Source of the DNA: Octopus sinensis | Taxonomy: Eukaryota | NCBI RefSeq assembly: GCF_006345805.1 | Contig: NC_042998.1 | Location: 143,592,001-143,656,000 of the forward strand | Direction of reading: 5' to 3' | DNA: 64,000 nucleotides | In this document: positions 11,689-24,334 of the stretch, piece after piece | Layout of the letters: every line of letters starts with the position of its first letter | Numbering within the stretch: the stretch's first letter is position 1 | Program-made: the position numbers and the translations under genes | Notes under the pieces: model-generated | Seen by the model: the letters and a program-made list of their open reading frames with translations, nothing else | Databases searched by the model: none | Told to the model about the DNA's origin: nothing

Positions 11689-12531
11689 GTGTGTATACAT
11701 TTATATATATATACAAACTTTCTGGGGTATTCGTCCATCTCTTATACATGTGCTGTGTTTAAAAATACAATATATATCGAAAATTATCCCACCAGCGGCC
11801 AGCGAGAACACAGGAGGCGTTTAACATACCTGAGTCTTGTCAATAGTGTATACCCATACCCAGCCACATGCCTAGATTAGATCCAGCGCCTCCGATATAC
11901 AGGAAAACTGTAGAAAAATATTTATTGGGATTGCCAATAGTCGCCTGACTGAATAAAAATCCGCTGTATGCAAAAGGAGGAATAGATAATTAAAACAGTC
12001 ATTTATGTTTCATACTTAATATAGATACAGCATTAAAGGATAATTTTACGTGGATAAGATATGTTATCTCTGGATGGACACAGCAGTAAATTTGCCTTTC
12101 ACTAGTTTTTACAATACCTGTAAATGTTTTTCACAACTTTCCTATATATCGGCGGCAATGAATCTCGTCAAAACATGTGGTTGGCTCTGACTACATTCCA
12201 TTTCCAAGGCCCAACGAGGCCGGAATACAACTGAAGGTCTCGATAGCTGCTGCTGGGACGATTTTCATCTACCTACAATAGTATTGTATTGGTGAAAACG
12301 GTACGTCCATAAGAGTGCTGTCTATGAACAAATACTGCACTATTCTCCACTGTACTCACCTATCATCTTATTTATACTGAGCTGTACTTTCCCTAACTCA
12401 CTTCTCCTAATACTCCTCGTAACTCTTTCTACTACATTCCTCTCTTTTATTTGTTTAAGGTATCAAATATGTAAAAAAAATACTAGCATATGTGGTGTAT
12501 GCCATGTTACACTATAGTATTGGCATTGGTC

Positions 12532-12538
12532 AATAATG

Positions 12539-12602
<64 letters not shown>

Positions 12603-12650
12603 CAACAACAACAACAGCAGCAGCAACAACAACAACAATAATAATAAAAT
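12532..12650 (+). repeat. (AAT)n/(AAC)n microsatellite
   Basis: Direct reading; immediately 5' of an R4/Dong fragment. Confidence 0.95.
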
Positions 12651-12654
12651 AAAC

Positions 12655-13630
12655 ATCAAAAAGGCAATATGGTAGACAATTACTGGCTGATATCCTGTCC
12701 GCCACTTATGTGGAAATTATTGACTGGACCACTTGCAGAGTCAATGTACGAAAATCTTGAAAAAATGGAGTCCTGTCACATGAGCAGAAGGGTTGCAAGC
12801 GTAAGTGCAGAGGTATCAAGGATCAACTCTTGATAGACAAAACTGTACTTAGAGACTGCAAGAGGAGGAAAAGTAATTTAGCCAGGCTTACGACATGATC
12901 TCACACTCTTGGATAATGGAATGTATGAACCTATTTAGTATTGCATCGAATGTTGAGTGATTGCTTGGAAAAAGTATGGCGAATTGGAGGACGGACCTAA
13001 CAGCATACGGAAGAAGTTTAGGGACAGTAGAAATCAGGAGGAGCAACTTCCAAGGGGACTGCGTGTCCCCACTGATCTTTGTACTGTTCTTGATACCACT
13101 AACACTGATACTGAAGAAAGCAAAAGCTGGGTATGCATTCAAAAGCCGCCAACAAAAAGTCAACCATTTGTTATTCATGGATGATCTCAAACTTTATGGT
13201 AAAGATGGATCCCAAGTCAGTTTCCTCGTTGATACGATGTATACTTTCAGTGCTTTCAGAATGGAGTTCGGACTGAGAAAGTGTGGTGCGTTAGTCAAAT
13301 GCATGGACGGGCTATCGATACCGTCGGGGGGTGTTATGAAGCAGATAAAAGAAATGGGCTATAATTACTTGCGGACTTTTGGAAATCGATAAATTAATGG
13401 AGAGAGAAATGACAGAAAAATTTAAGGTGGAGTACTTGCGCAGGCCGAGACTGATCCTTAAGTCGAAATTAAACCCACGGAATAAGATCGAAGCTATCAA
13501 CACCTGGGTGGTTTCACTCCTTTGATATGGAGCAGGGGTAATCGCATGGACAGTAGACGAACTAAACAGCTTAGACAGAAAGACAAGGAAGTTGCCAACT
13601 AGATATAGGTCACTCCACCCCAAAAACGAC
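12655..13630 (+). mobile_element. R4/Dong-clade LINE reverse transcriptase fragment (pseudogenised)
   Basis: FQGDCVSPLIFVLFLIPL...VNHLLFMDDLKLY; [20 protein letters not shown]; runs to the HPKND motif; frameshifts and stops. Confidence 0.85.
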
Positions 13631-13631
13631 A

Positions 13632-14767
13632 CACACGCCCCTTCCATAGAAAGTGGAAGAGCAAGCGCTCCATCTTTATCAGGCACGAATTGGAGTAAGG
13701 GACGACGGTCAGGTGGTAGTAGATGACGGAAGCGATGTACGCATTCGTCACCTCCGCTTGCCCAAGGACAGCTTCCTCTCTGCCCATTTCTGGGTGAGAT
13801 TGACTAATCTGCTCGTCACCTCTCCTCAGTTCTTGTCCACCTGGAGGTCTGGATCAAACCAGACGCCGAGCAATTTAACCAGTCCTTCCGTCCAGCGCCC
13901 TACAGATGCCGAGCTGCAGGCCCACCGACTTCTGAGTGATCTTTGCTCTTGTCACCTCTTCGTACTCCCTTAGAGCAGTGTCGACCACCTCGATTTCCGA
14001 GATGTCCGACACTATTATGGTGATGCGTAAGCCGACACGAAACTACCGCATCCTAGATCACGTGGTATGCCCCTTGAAACGTCCAGCTTCCGACGTAATG
14101 GCTCGAGAGCCAATACCTACGGAAGAAGCGAGAGTGGGCATCCTTGACAGACTGAACAAGCGATGCTAAACGATTCCGATTGGTGGACATTTACTTTGGC
14201 CACCCAGCAGATGTCGCTGTACATTGCAGCGATCCGGCCTCTTAAAACGGGGTCGAAACCCGCTGCAGCGAGAACAGTCTTCAAGTATTGGTGGTCGACC
14301 CTATTAAATTCGTTCGATTGATCCAAATTGATCAGGGTTCCACCCATATCAGGCTCCTTACCCACATTTTCTATGATGTAACGCGTGAGGTGGAGGTTGT
14401 GGATAATTATATTTGGGATAGCGCATGTCTGCGCGCCCCCAACCAACTTATCGATGACGAGCGCCCACCTCTTGGCAAACACCTTAGCCAAAATCTTATA
14501 ATCTGCATTCAGCAGAGTTATAGGCCTAAAATTATCGATTTTGTCCCCCTTGTTTGGGTCCTTCCTCAACAGCACCACCACTCCACAGCTCATAGCACTA
14601 GGAATTCTCCTGTTCTGCTGCCAGCTGTGGTAGACATTTGCCAAGATACCACCGAACAAGTTTGGCATATGAAAATAAAGCTCCGGAGACTTCTCTCTTG
14701 TGCAGTTCGTCATCACGTCCCGTATGTCTTCGGATGTTATTGGCATTTCGCAGAACTCTTGCATGCC
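13632..14767 (-). mobile_element. L1/Tx1-clade LINE ORF2 reverse transcriptase fragment
   Basis: NFRPITLLNADYKILAK, LINLDQSNEFNRVDH, SVCQGCPLS, and downstream ERLLFHFLWKG. Confidence 0.85.
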
Positions 14768-14769
14768 TG

Positions 14770-16345
14770 ACTGAGAGGTGCAGCACGAATGTCATAAAAG
14801 AGTTAGACCCAGCGGAGAGCTACAAGTACCTAGGGGTAATTGAAGGGGATGGAATAAGTCATTCAGTGATGAAGGAAAAGATTAGGAGAGAATGTTATCG
14901 CAGAGTAAGAGCAATACTCAAGATAGAGCTGAATGCGAGAAACAGGATCGAAGCGATCAATGCGTTAGCCATACCAGTCGTGACTTACAGTTTCAATATC
15001 GTTAACTGTTAACTGGTCAATTACTGAAATATGTAATCTTGACAGAAAAATACGAAAACTGTTGACAATGCATAGAATGCACCACCCTAAGGCCGATCTA
15101 GAACAACTTTATCTGCCAAGAAAAGAGGGAAACCGTGGACTTTTACAACTGGCAATAACAATGAAGATTGCTACAATTGGCCTAGACGCCTACCTGAAAA
15201 ACTCTGAGGACTGGATGTTAAAACTTGTCTCAAAACATGAAAACAAGAAAGCATCATACTCAGTAACAAAACAGGCAAAGGAATAGCTAAGTGAATTCCG
15301 AATACAACAAATTTCGGAATTAGACACACAGAAACAAGCACAGAAAAAGCTAAGCGCATGAAAACCCGTGCTAAAACTGCTGCCTTAGATATTCTGAATG
15401 ATAGATGGCAAGAAAAACCTCTCAATGGCAAATACCCAAAGAGAGTGAATAATGCAGATGTTGACAAAGCCCTGACCCATTAATGGCTAATGGCCTCTGG
15501 CTTAAAATCTGAAACAGAAGGGTTTATCATAGCAGCTCAAGATCAATGCCTACCTACAATGAACTACCAGGCCAACATATTAAAGAACGGCAGTAGCCCA
15601 ACAAAATTAAACCATTGTTCATATTGCCTCTATGTGCAGTCTTCTTGCGACTGCAGAGTATCTCAACAGGCATGATAGATCTACACAATATATTCACTGG
15701 GTAATTTGCAAAAGCCTGGACTTGCCCCATGATAAAAACTGGTGGGGACAGAAACCACCTCCAGTGCTTGAAAATGACCACATCTCACTCCTCTGGAACT
15801 TCCCCATTCAAACTGACAGAAAGATAGACGCGAATAGGCCAAACATCATAGTAAAAGACTTCAGACAAAAAACATGCCTCTTCATTGATATGACTGTCCC
15901 AATCGATATAAACATATCTGTCAAGACCTACCAGAAGCTGAGCATATATAAAGATCTGGAAATAGAAATCAGCAAAACGTGGAACCTGAAGACTAAAACA
16001 ATACCTGTTGTCATAGTTGCCCTGGGAATGATAGCAAAAGGGGCTGATTGCTACCTAACTCAGATACCAGGAAACCCCAAAATGGCAGAAATTCAAACGA
16101 TAGTGCTCGTGGGAACTGCTCATATCCTACGCAAAATACTTTCTATGTAATCTCAAGTTTTAAAACAAACATAAGTTTCATATAATTTTTTAGGCATTCA
16201 CTAGTACAACACTAAGTACAAAACCAAATATATGGCACCCTAGGCATAACACTAACATGAACCTCCAACTTGTTGTCTCTTGAGGTCTCTGGGTGAGACT
16301 TGGAGCCAGCTTGTGCAAATGTAAAGCAAAAGTCAAACATAGAAT
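14770..16345 (+). mobile_element. R4/Dong-clade LINE 3' portion (RT C-terminus, restriction-like endonuclease, 3'UTR) ending in (AAT)n
   Basis: YKYLGV, MHHPKADLEQLY, GFIIAAQDQ, RHD..YIHW, RPNIIVKD..CLFIDMTVP..KLSIYKDL; stop at 16150; tail 16346-16460. Confidence 0.9.
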
Positions 16346-16358
16346 AATAATAATAATA

Positions 16359-16441
<83 letters not shown>

Positions 16442-16465
16442 TAATTATAATAATAATAAAAAATA

Positions 16466-17020
16466 AATGCCCTGATGCAGTACCAGGCAGTGGCTCTCAT
16501 GGCTTCTGATCTTAACTGATTGGAAGTGTTATCATGTACATTGTTGGTTCTCTTGGTTTAAAAGATGGGCTACAGCAAATATTCTGCTCAATACCACAGA
16601 TTTGCTTGTCAGTTGTTTGACCTTAACAGTTGAGCATGTCACTTAGTGGGGACGATATGTGCATCTCTGATCACGAGCAGAAGTAGTGGGGGAGCATCAT
16701 AGCCATGTGTTGAGAGGGATTCTTTAGGGTTTGGATAATTCACCTCTGGAAACTGGGTGATTCGTTCAACACCCTTAAACAATCCTTATTCAAGGACCTT
16801 TTGAGCGGGATGGGTTACTCTACCAGAAGAAAATTCTAATGGGCCCCCACCTGCAAGGTCATGTGCTGTTATCTTGATATGAGATCACCATGTCGCGCAC
16901 ATATGGTTGTGATGCATGTGCCTGGTGTACCCTTATCAGACGGGTAGTCATGATGGGTATACTGGGCTTCATATATTTTACCCCAGTGTCACTTTGATGG
17001 CATGCACTGCTCTCTCACTC

Positions 17021-17021
<1 letters not shown>
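16466..17021. mobile_element. ~556-bp non-coding element bounded on both sides by (AAT)n
   Basis: Sharp boundaries against (AAT)n arrays at 16346-16460 and 17021-17064; no long ORF. Confidence 0.55.
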
Positions 17022-17065
<44 letters not shown>

Positions 17066-17618
17066 GTGTAATAATTTTAATGCAGTTTATAAGATCGGAG
17101 TTTAAAGAAAGAAAAGCCAAATTGTCAGTAAATATTGCTTAACAATGAAATAACTTCATTAATACTAAGAAACAATAGACGCAGAGCCAAATATCTTGCA
17201 GGTCACTACACATTTGACTTGTGACAGTCAATTAGACAGTTTAGCTGGTAAAAGAAAGTGAAGAAAAAGGAGTGTAAAAGATGAGAGGAAGAAGGAAAAG
17301 AGGAGGAGGGGGAAGGAGTGGTGGTGTTAGTGAGTGGATTGAGAGAGAAGGGAAGAGATAAGGAAGAGACGTGGGCGACGAAATATGTTTGTTAACAAAG
17401 TTATACAACACATCGTGTAATGAACGGTAGTAGATTCGTCTACAGCAGACTTTTGGATAGCCTAAATCAAAGATAATACTGCAGATACAGCTATGAGTGA
17501 GCATTATACATTTGACTGGCAGATAAAATATTGTTTTAATCAGGTTCCTGGTCATTGATGTCAGGATGCTGTAAAGGTGGGGCAGTTATTGATGGACAGC
17601 AACATCAATGAGAGAGAA

Positions 17619-17692
<74 letters not shown>

Positions 17693-18059
17693 AGAGAGAG
17701 AGTGAGAGAGAAAGAGACTAATGCCACCTCCTTTACAATGATCTTAGTCCTTCTGTCACATGTTGCTGTTGTTTAACTCTAACACAACCCTGGCTATACC
17801 TGAATGAGACGATCTGGCGCAGCTGTTTGGACGCAGACGATTTGGTACAGCTGATTGGACATACAGACTGTTACCAGTGAAAATACGTTCAGGCGATGGG
17901 AGCAGACACACAGATATACATGCGCACACACGTGCAGATATATAAACACTTAGATAGAAATAATGAGGAAAAGAGGAGTTGAGAGAGAAGGAGAGGGAGT
18001 GGAAGAGAGAGGTGGGAGAGAGAGGTAGGAGAGAGCGATTACGATGTGTTAATTAGTTT

Positions 18060-18250
18060 TAAATTTTGGTACAAGGTCAGTAATTTTGGGGTAAGGGTAA
18101 GTTGATTACATCGGTCCCAGTACTCAACTGGTACTTATTTTATCGAGTCCGAAAGGACGAAAGGCAAAGTCAACCTCGGCGGAATTTGAACTTAGAACCT
18201 AAAAACGGATGAGATGCTGGTAAGCTTTTTACCCGGCATACTTACAATTT
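18060..18250 (-). mobile_element. tRNA-derived SINE (third family)
   Basis: aaggcaaagtcaacctcggcggaatttgaact; same family as 59117-59311, 61468-61743 and 33541-33650. Confidence 0.8.
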
Positions 18251-18325
18251 ATTAATTGAACACGATTGACGTAAACACTTTACCTCTCTCCATCTATGTA
18301 AAGAGAATTATGCTCACACATGTAA

Positions 18326-18362
<37 letters not shown>

Positions 18363-18573
18363 CAGAGACAGAGAAAAAAGAAAGAGAAAGAGAGAAAGGG
18401 AGGGAGAGAAACATAGAGAGGGGGAAGAGAGGAAGGGAGAGACAGCAAGAAAGCGAGAGAGAGACAGACCGCAAGAGAAAGGGAGAGATACATTTACAGT
18501 CTATTAACTGAACATGATTTGCATAAACTCTCCCTCTCCTCTTACGCATAATGAGAAATATGCTCCCATAGAT

Positions 18574-18644
<71 letters not shown>

Positions 18645-18735
18645 AAAAGAATTACTAAAATGGCTGATACCAAAGAAGTCAACGTCGAATCAGTGATGCC
18701 AAATAAACGATGCCAAAACGGCTGCACCTCTATTT

Positions 18736-19056
18736 CAGTGGTTCTCAACTGGGCTTCATATGATCCCTGGGGATCCATATAAAACTTCTAGGGATCCACA
18801 AAACAAAACAGTAAACAGGGGATCTACAAAAGTATTTCAAGGACTCCTGGAAACATTTTGTTTTATCAGCTAGGTTTCTTTCTCTAGCATTTTACATAGT
18901 TTCAACCTACACAAGTTCATGAGTGAAAAACAAATTAAGAATTTTGAAAGAAGTTTCTATAAAACTAGTATTTAATTATCAAATGACTATGGGGTCCACT
19001 GGAATAAAATAGCAATCAAAGGGGTCCATATATAAAAAAATGGTTGAGAACCCCTG
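18736..19056 (+). mobile_element. hAT (Charlie-like) MITE
   Basis: TIRs cagtggttctcaac / gttgagaacccctg; 8-bp TSD ctctattt / ctctatca. Confidence 0.8.
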
Positions 19057-19379
19057 CTCTATCATGTTGCTGCTATTGTTTAGCCTTGAGACAGCACTGA
19101 TCAAGCAAGCTTATGTACAAACACATTGAAACTATAACTGCTTCGTTTTTTTTTTTCTTTTTGGAATAGTGTATCAAGGACTATAGTGTTCAATGTCTGT
19201 AAAGCCACCTGCTAAATAATTCTCTAACTCCTTAAAAATTTGTTGACTAAATGAAGGATAATGTTCTAGATACAACTATGTGCTCGTCCGGGAATACTTA
19301 TCAAAAACAAAGCGAGGCAATCATGCCTAGAACGATTTTGACGATTTATTCTATTCGATCAGGGCCGAGCTGAAGCTAA

Positions 19380-19437
19380 ACGACTATGACCGCTGCCTCT
19401 GCTGCTGCTGCTACTTCTACTGCTACTGCTGCTGCTG

Positions 19438-19473
<36 letters not shown>

Positions 19474-19661
19474 ATAATAATAATAATAATAATAATAATA
19501 CCACCATCACTACTACTACTACTACTACTACAACCACTACTACTACTACTAGTACTACTACTTCTACTTCAGGTGCTGCTTAGCAATAGTTCAAGAAGAA
19601 CCGTCACCACCACCACAACCACCAACACCATAGTTATTACTACTACTACTACTACTAGTAC

Positions 19662-19697
<36 letters not shown>

Positions 19698-19830
19698 AAC
19701 CCCATCACCACGTCGACAGCTGTTGTTGTTGCCGTTTAGCCCTGTTCCACCACCACTACCATTAGCACCACCACAGCCACCATCACCTCCACTACCACCA
19801 TCACCGCTACCATTACAGTAGTAGTTGTTC
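19380..19830. repeat. Compound (CTG)/(CTA)/(AAT)/(CAC) trinucleotide array
   Basis: Direct reading. Confidence 0.9.
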
Positions 19831-20342
19831 AATCACCACTCACAGACTCCCCTTCCTCCCTTTCCCCACTAACTGCTACGTCAAAGTCTTGAGACGTTTT
19901 TTCAACGTGACCCCTGAGTGACCTACTGTCCCCAAACACAGGAGATTTACTTAACCCCTGAATAAATAAATCATATCTTTATTGTTTATAACAAGTGAAG
20001 TAAAAAAAAAGAAATAAATAGGGCTGGGGAGTAACGAGAGTGAAAGGGGAAAGAAACAGCAAGAGTGTGAGAGATAGTGAGGAAAAGGTAGATACGCAGA
20101 TAGGAGTGAGACATGTCCTGTGTTTGTATGTGTGTGTGTGAGAGAGAGAGAGGAGAGAGAGAAAAGACACAGAGAGAAAAGGAGAGAGAGTAAGAAAGTG
20201 AGAGCTAGTGAAGGGGAGACCTTGTCATTGCTGTTAAATCTACTCCTGTCCTCGTCTGGCTGTCCTATGGAATGCAGCTAGAGAACCGAAGGACGAGGGA
20301 CTGAGATCCATTTTCTCAGTTATACTAAGATTTTGTCTGGCT

Positions 20343-21322
20343 CAGTGGTTCTCAACCGGGATCCACATGACCCCTAGGGATCCATATAATATTTCGTGGG
20401 GGTGGGGGTCCATGCTAACAAGATAGTAAATTGGTGATCCACTGTGGGGTATTTTCAGTTTGCCTGCCCATTTTCGAAAATTTGCGTGTTTGCATTCTAC
20501 ATATGAGAATTCATACGATTATCCAAAAATAAGACAAAAGACTTTTTTGGTACGTGATTTAAAGCCTATTTGGCTGTTATTTTTAGAACATCTGACTATC
20601 ACTTCAATGAGTGGAATATATTTGTCAACACGTACTTTCTTGTAGACAAAAGAGTTCTCGTGCTTGGCTTGTTACTATGCGTGAATGTGTCTGTGACTAA
20701 AATTACACAAAATTTTCAAACTTTAAAAGCTAATAACTCTTTATTTTTTTATTTATTGCAAAAATGAATTTCGAAATAGTGATTAGCATATAAAACCATA
20801 TCATTACACTGAATATGGAGTCAATTCGAGCAGGAATTGAAGAGATTGAAAATTGGCAGCCAAACAGCAAAGATCCCAACAGTGTTATTTTAAGAGTCCA
20901 TGAAAAGTTTTTGATTTAAATGTATGTATTACAAGAAGCAGCTGTTTCTGCTTTCCCTAACAATTTACATAGTTCAACCAATACAAGTGAATGAATGAAT
21001 AGCAAAATATGAATTTCGGAAGAAGTATTTATAAAATTATATTTAGGGACGATCATCTTTTTTTTCTTCTTTTTTTTTACCAAATAAGCACACGCATTAT
21101 ATATTCGTTCTTTACTCGTTTATTTTTGTTCTTATTTTACCTTATGTCCATTCTCCAGAAATCTTTCAGCGACTCTTCTATCCACGTGTTTCTTCCCGTT
21201 CTGTTTAGTCCATATCTAAAACATTGCTTATTGAACATCGAATGGAAATGGGGGGTGAGGCGTACACTAGAATAAAATAGTGAACAAAGGGGTCTATAGG
21301 TAAAAATGGCTAAAAACCACAG
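20343..21322 (+). mobile_element. Longer copy of the same hAT MITE family
   Basis: Left TIR cagtggttctcaacc; decayed right TIR ggctaaaaaccacag; possible TSD gtctggct / gcctaact; shares internal blocks with 18736-19056. Confidence 0.65.
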
Positions 21323-21410
21323 GCCTAACTAAAGACCATATTGTGTACACTCCGACGTACGGTATTGAATAGTACGGCCTGTAGTGTGGACACCCTGTAG
21401 TATGGACATA

Positions 21411-21838
21411 CGAGGTGGTATCAAAACGTTCTTGGACTAGTTATGTTTAATAAAAAAAAAACTTTTTTGCCTAAGTTTTAACATCATCTCCCTCGAAATA
21501 GTCTCATTGCGCAGCAATACACCAGGCCCCAGCGTTCCTGCCACTTTGAGAATCCGACCCGGAAGTCGTTTTCCGTAAGCGAGTTGGAAAGCTTTTGCGA
21601 TTCGCTCCGGATCTCAACAAGGGTGTTGAAACAGCGACCTTAGAGTTGCATTTTCATCTTGGGGAAGAGATGGAAGTCTACAGGTGTAAAATCAGGCGAG
21701 TGTGGAAGTGATACCATGTTTTAGCGAGAAACTCATGAGTGAGAAGAGATTGATGATAGGGTGCATTGTCGTCGTGAAGAATCCAATTTTTCGCGCTCCA
21801 GAGATCTGGTCGCTTTCGCCAAATGTCCTCCCTTAAAC
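21411..21838 (-). mobile_element. Mariner 3' half
   Basis: TA-cgaggtggtatcaaaacgttcttggact TIR; WILHDDNAPYH and frameshifted SPDFTPVDFHLFPKMK. Confidence 0.85.
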
Positions 21839-21839
21839 A

Positions 21840-23352
21840 CAACTGTGTAAAGTTCTTCAGCCAACAGCTTTGTACTCCATCCGGGTCTGCTCCTTTCCAA
21901 TTTGTTATTTTAAAAAAATTTGTCTCACTGTATATACATTGATTCTGACGTCCTTTTATCTTGGAACAGTTGCGCATTCTATACGCCTCGCCGGCCTGTT
22001 ACACAGCCCTCTCCAAAATTCTTTACTTTCTTCTGCATCTAGAATCTGCTCCTGGTGTTGGTTCTCTCTGTTTCCTCAAATAGACACATTTGCATCATAT
22101 ATTTTCAATTTGGCTTTTAATGCTGTTACCTTTTGTGTCAATTTTTCATGTACTGTTTGTTTTCCCCTTTCTTCTAATCTGTACTGTCCATTCAATATTC
22201 TGATTACTGCCTTATTCTTGAGCTCTCCTCTCATTATCCTATTCAATTGCCCCAGTTCTTTCCGTGTCTTTTCCAGCTTCATTCTGTTTGGTTCTTTCCT
22301 TTCATTTGCTTTCATATCTTCAGTTTTTCGCTTGTAGCCTACTATGTTAACTACATTAGCAGCAGCTATGATTAGCTGGTTTGTTTCACTGATGTTTTCT
22401 GTTTTAATGAAGCTTAAAACGTCATTTACTTTGCCTGTGGCTCTCCTCACTTTTTTTATGTCCATATATCTTACATTTGGTGGTACTTCATTGTTCCCAT
22501 CAGACATTTTTATCTCGCAACATTTATAAAATCTCCTCTCTTCGTCATTCAAGTTTTGTACAGTATTTACTGTCACTCGTCGATCTAGATCGCCTTCATT
22601 AGTTACTTTATCAGCATTCTCTGGTACTCTGCGTTTTCCATCTGTTTCGTGTTCTTCATCTTTTACGCCATCATCACAGCTTTCTGCTACTGCTGTTTCA
22701 CTCTCCTTCCGCTATTTACTCCCGTAATCTAGTCGTTCCTACGGATTGTTCTTGCTTGGTCAATCGGTTGCTGGGCGGGTGCTTCAAAACCTCGTTTTCA
22801 TCCCATATTCTCTTCATTCGATTCATGCAGCCTCTTTTATTTGGCTCACTCCTCAATCAACATTCTATAATTATTTTGTTTACATCTTCCCATCTCATTA
22901 TTTTCTTTTGCAGTTTTGACTACAATTTTGGTCCTGATCAATAGCTTTGATCAGATACTCCCTGCCAACCGTACGCGACACCTTCACTGTTAACAGTTCC
23001 AGTCCCGTTAGCGCAGTTGTGGTTATTTTTAACATCACTCATTTAGCGGTAGCTTTGTAAGGTTGTGCAGTCACCAGTGTTTTTATCGTGACACCATCAC
23101 TAAGTGGGTTACTAGTCAAGGCTCTAGAGACCACACCTACCCGCGTGTACACTGTTTTTAGTGCCAGTCTCGTTCACTCCATTGTTTTATATCATTGTAT
23201 TTGACATATTCAATCCAGAGAATTTTGATGTTGAGATGACACAACCATCAATGTTTTTATTGAGTCACCTTCTCTAGAGAGGTTGCCGACTAAGGCTAAA
23301 GGTACCCCTCCTCCCATGAGACAGGCTTAACCCCGCCAGATACGTACTTGGT
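21840..23352 (-). mobile_element. R4/Dong-clade LINE 5' portion (5'UTR and N-terminal ORF up to the start of RT)
   Basis: WEDVNKIIIEC*LRSEPNKRG..RMKRIW; LEKTRKELGQL..QKVTALKAKLKIY; NWKGADPDGVQSCWLKNF; 5' end abuts the microsatellite at 23353-23460. Confidence 0.8.
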
Positions 23353-23401
23353 ATGATTATTATTATTATTATTATTGTTATTATTGGTGTTGTTATTGTT
23401 A

Positions 23402-23451
<50 letters not shown>

Positions 23452-23460
23452 ATTATTATT

Positions 23461-24240
23461 TCTTTTTATCACAGGTTTTGTTGGAACTCCTGGATTCTTG
23501 CATGCGTAGCGGGCTTGCTACCTGTAGCCTACGTTACTATGCTAACCGTTCTTTTCAGCTATCTAATACTGGCCTGATTATTCTGGCCGTGCCAGTTCTG
23601 CTGGGCACTATATTCCAATTTCCTTTATATTCCTCCTGATGCCTTCTGGTACTGTTCTCAAAGACCCAGCAATAATTGGCATTATCTTCACCTTCTTCAT
23701 TTTCCATAGCCAGGCTATTTCGTACTGAAGAGAGTTGTATTTATCTGTTTTTTCGCCTTCCTTCTTGACTATTCGTGGATCAAAGGGGCATGCAACATCA
23801 ACTATAAAGCACATGTGGTGCACGTTGTCCACCACCACTAGATCCGGCCTGTTATGTTCTAGCACCTAATCTGTTTGGGTTGGGAAATTCCAGAGGATTT
23901 TGCTAGTCTCCGACTCCACCACTCTCTGCGGTTTGTTCTCATACCACGTTTGCCTCTCTTTAGTTTCCAGTGTAGCACTTTCGCTACATGATCGTGTCGC
24001 CACAAAGTGTAGTGGTTTTGGGCAAGTCTAGGGCATTCGTTCGTGAAATGGGCAATGGTTTTATCCACTCTGTTACAGATGCGGCATAGCGGAAACACTT
24101 GCTCATTCCTAAGATTGACCCCCTAGCTAGTGGCCAAAGCTTGGTCTTGCGCTGCCAGTATAATGCTCTCGGTCTCTTTTTTAAGGGTTCCCTTCATCAG
24201 CCAATCCCACCTATTTCCCCCAGCAACTTATATTGTGGCT
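23461..24240 (-). mobile_element. R4/Dong-clade LINE 3' end (zinc knuckle, restriction-like endonuclease, 3'UTR)
   Basis: KKETESIILAAQDQAL; CRICNRVDKTIAHFTNECP..RHD; NRPDLVVVD..IVDVACPFD..KTDKY; (AAT)n on the sense strand at both sides. Confidence 0.9.
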
Positions 24241-24262
24241 GCATGGAATTGATTGTGTAATG

Positions 24263-24334
<72 letters not shown>

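Noticed and set aside
12655-16345. A single R4 element split by a Tx1 insertion
   Set aside because: The two R4 pieces overlap in protein coordinates and differ in sequence; no TSD.
20246-20302. HDV-like fold (UCCUCGUC ... CGAA-GGACGAG)
   Set aside because: It folds as a simple nested hairpin, with no room for P1.1/P4 and no G-initiated P1.
24165-24205. CUGAUGA-AGGG..CCCU hammerhead-like motif on the minus strand
   Set aside because: It lies in R4 coding sequence (WLMKGTLKKETE) and has no GAAA/NUH geometry.
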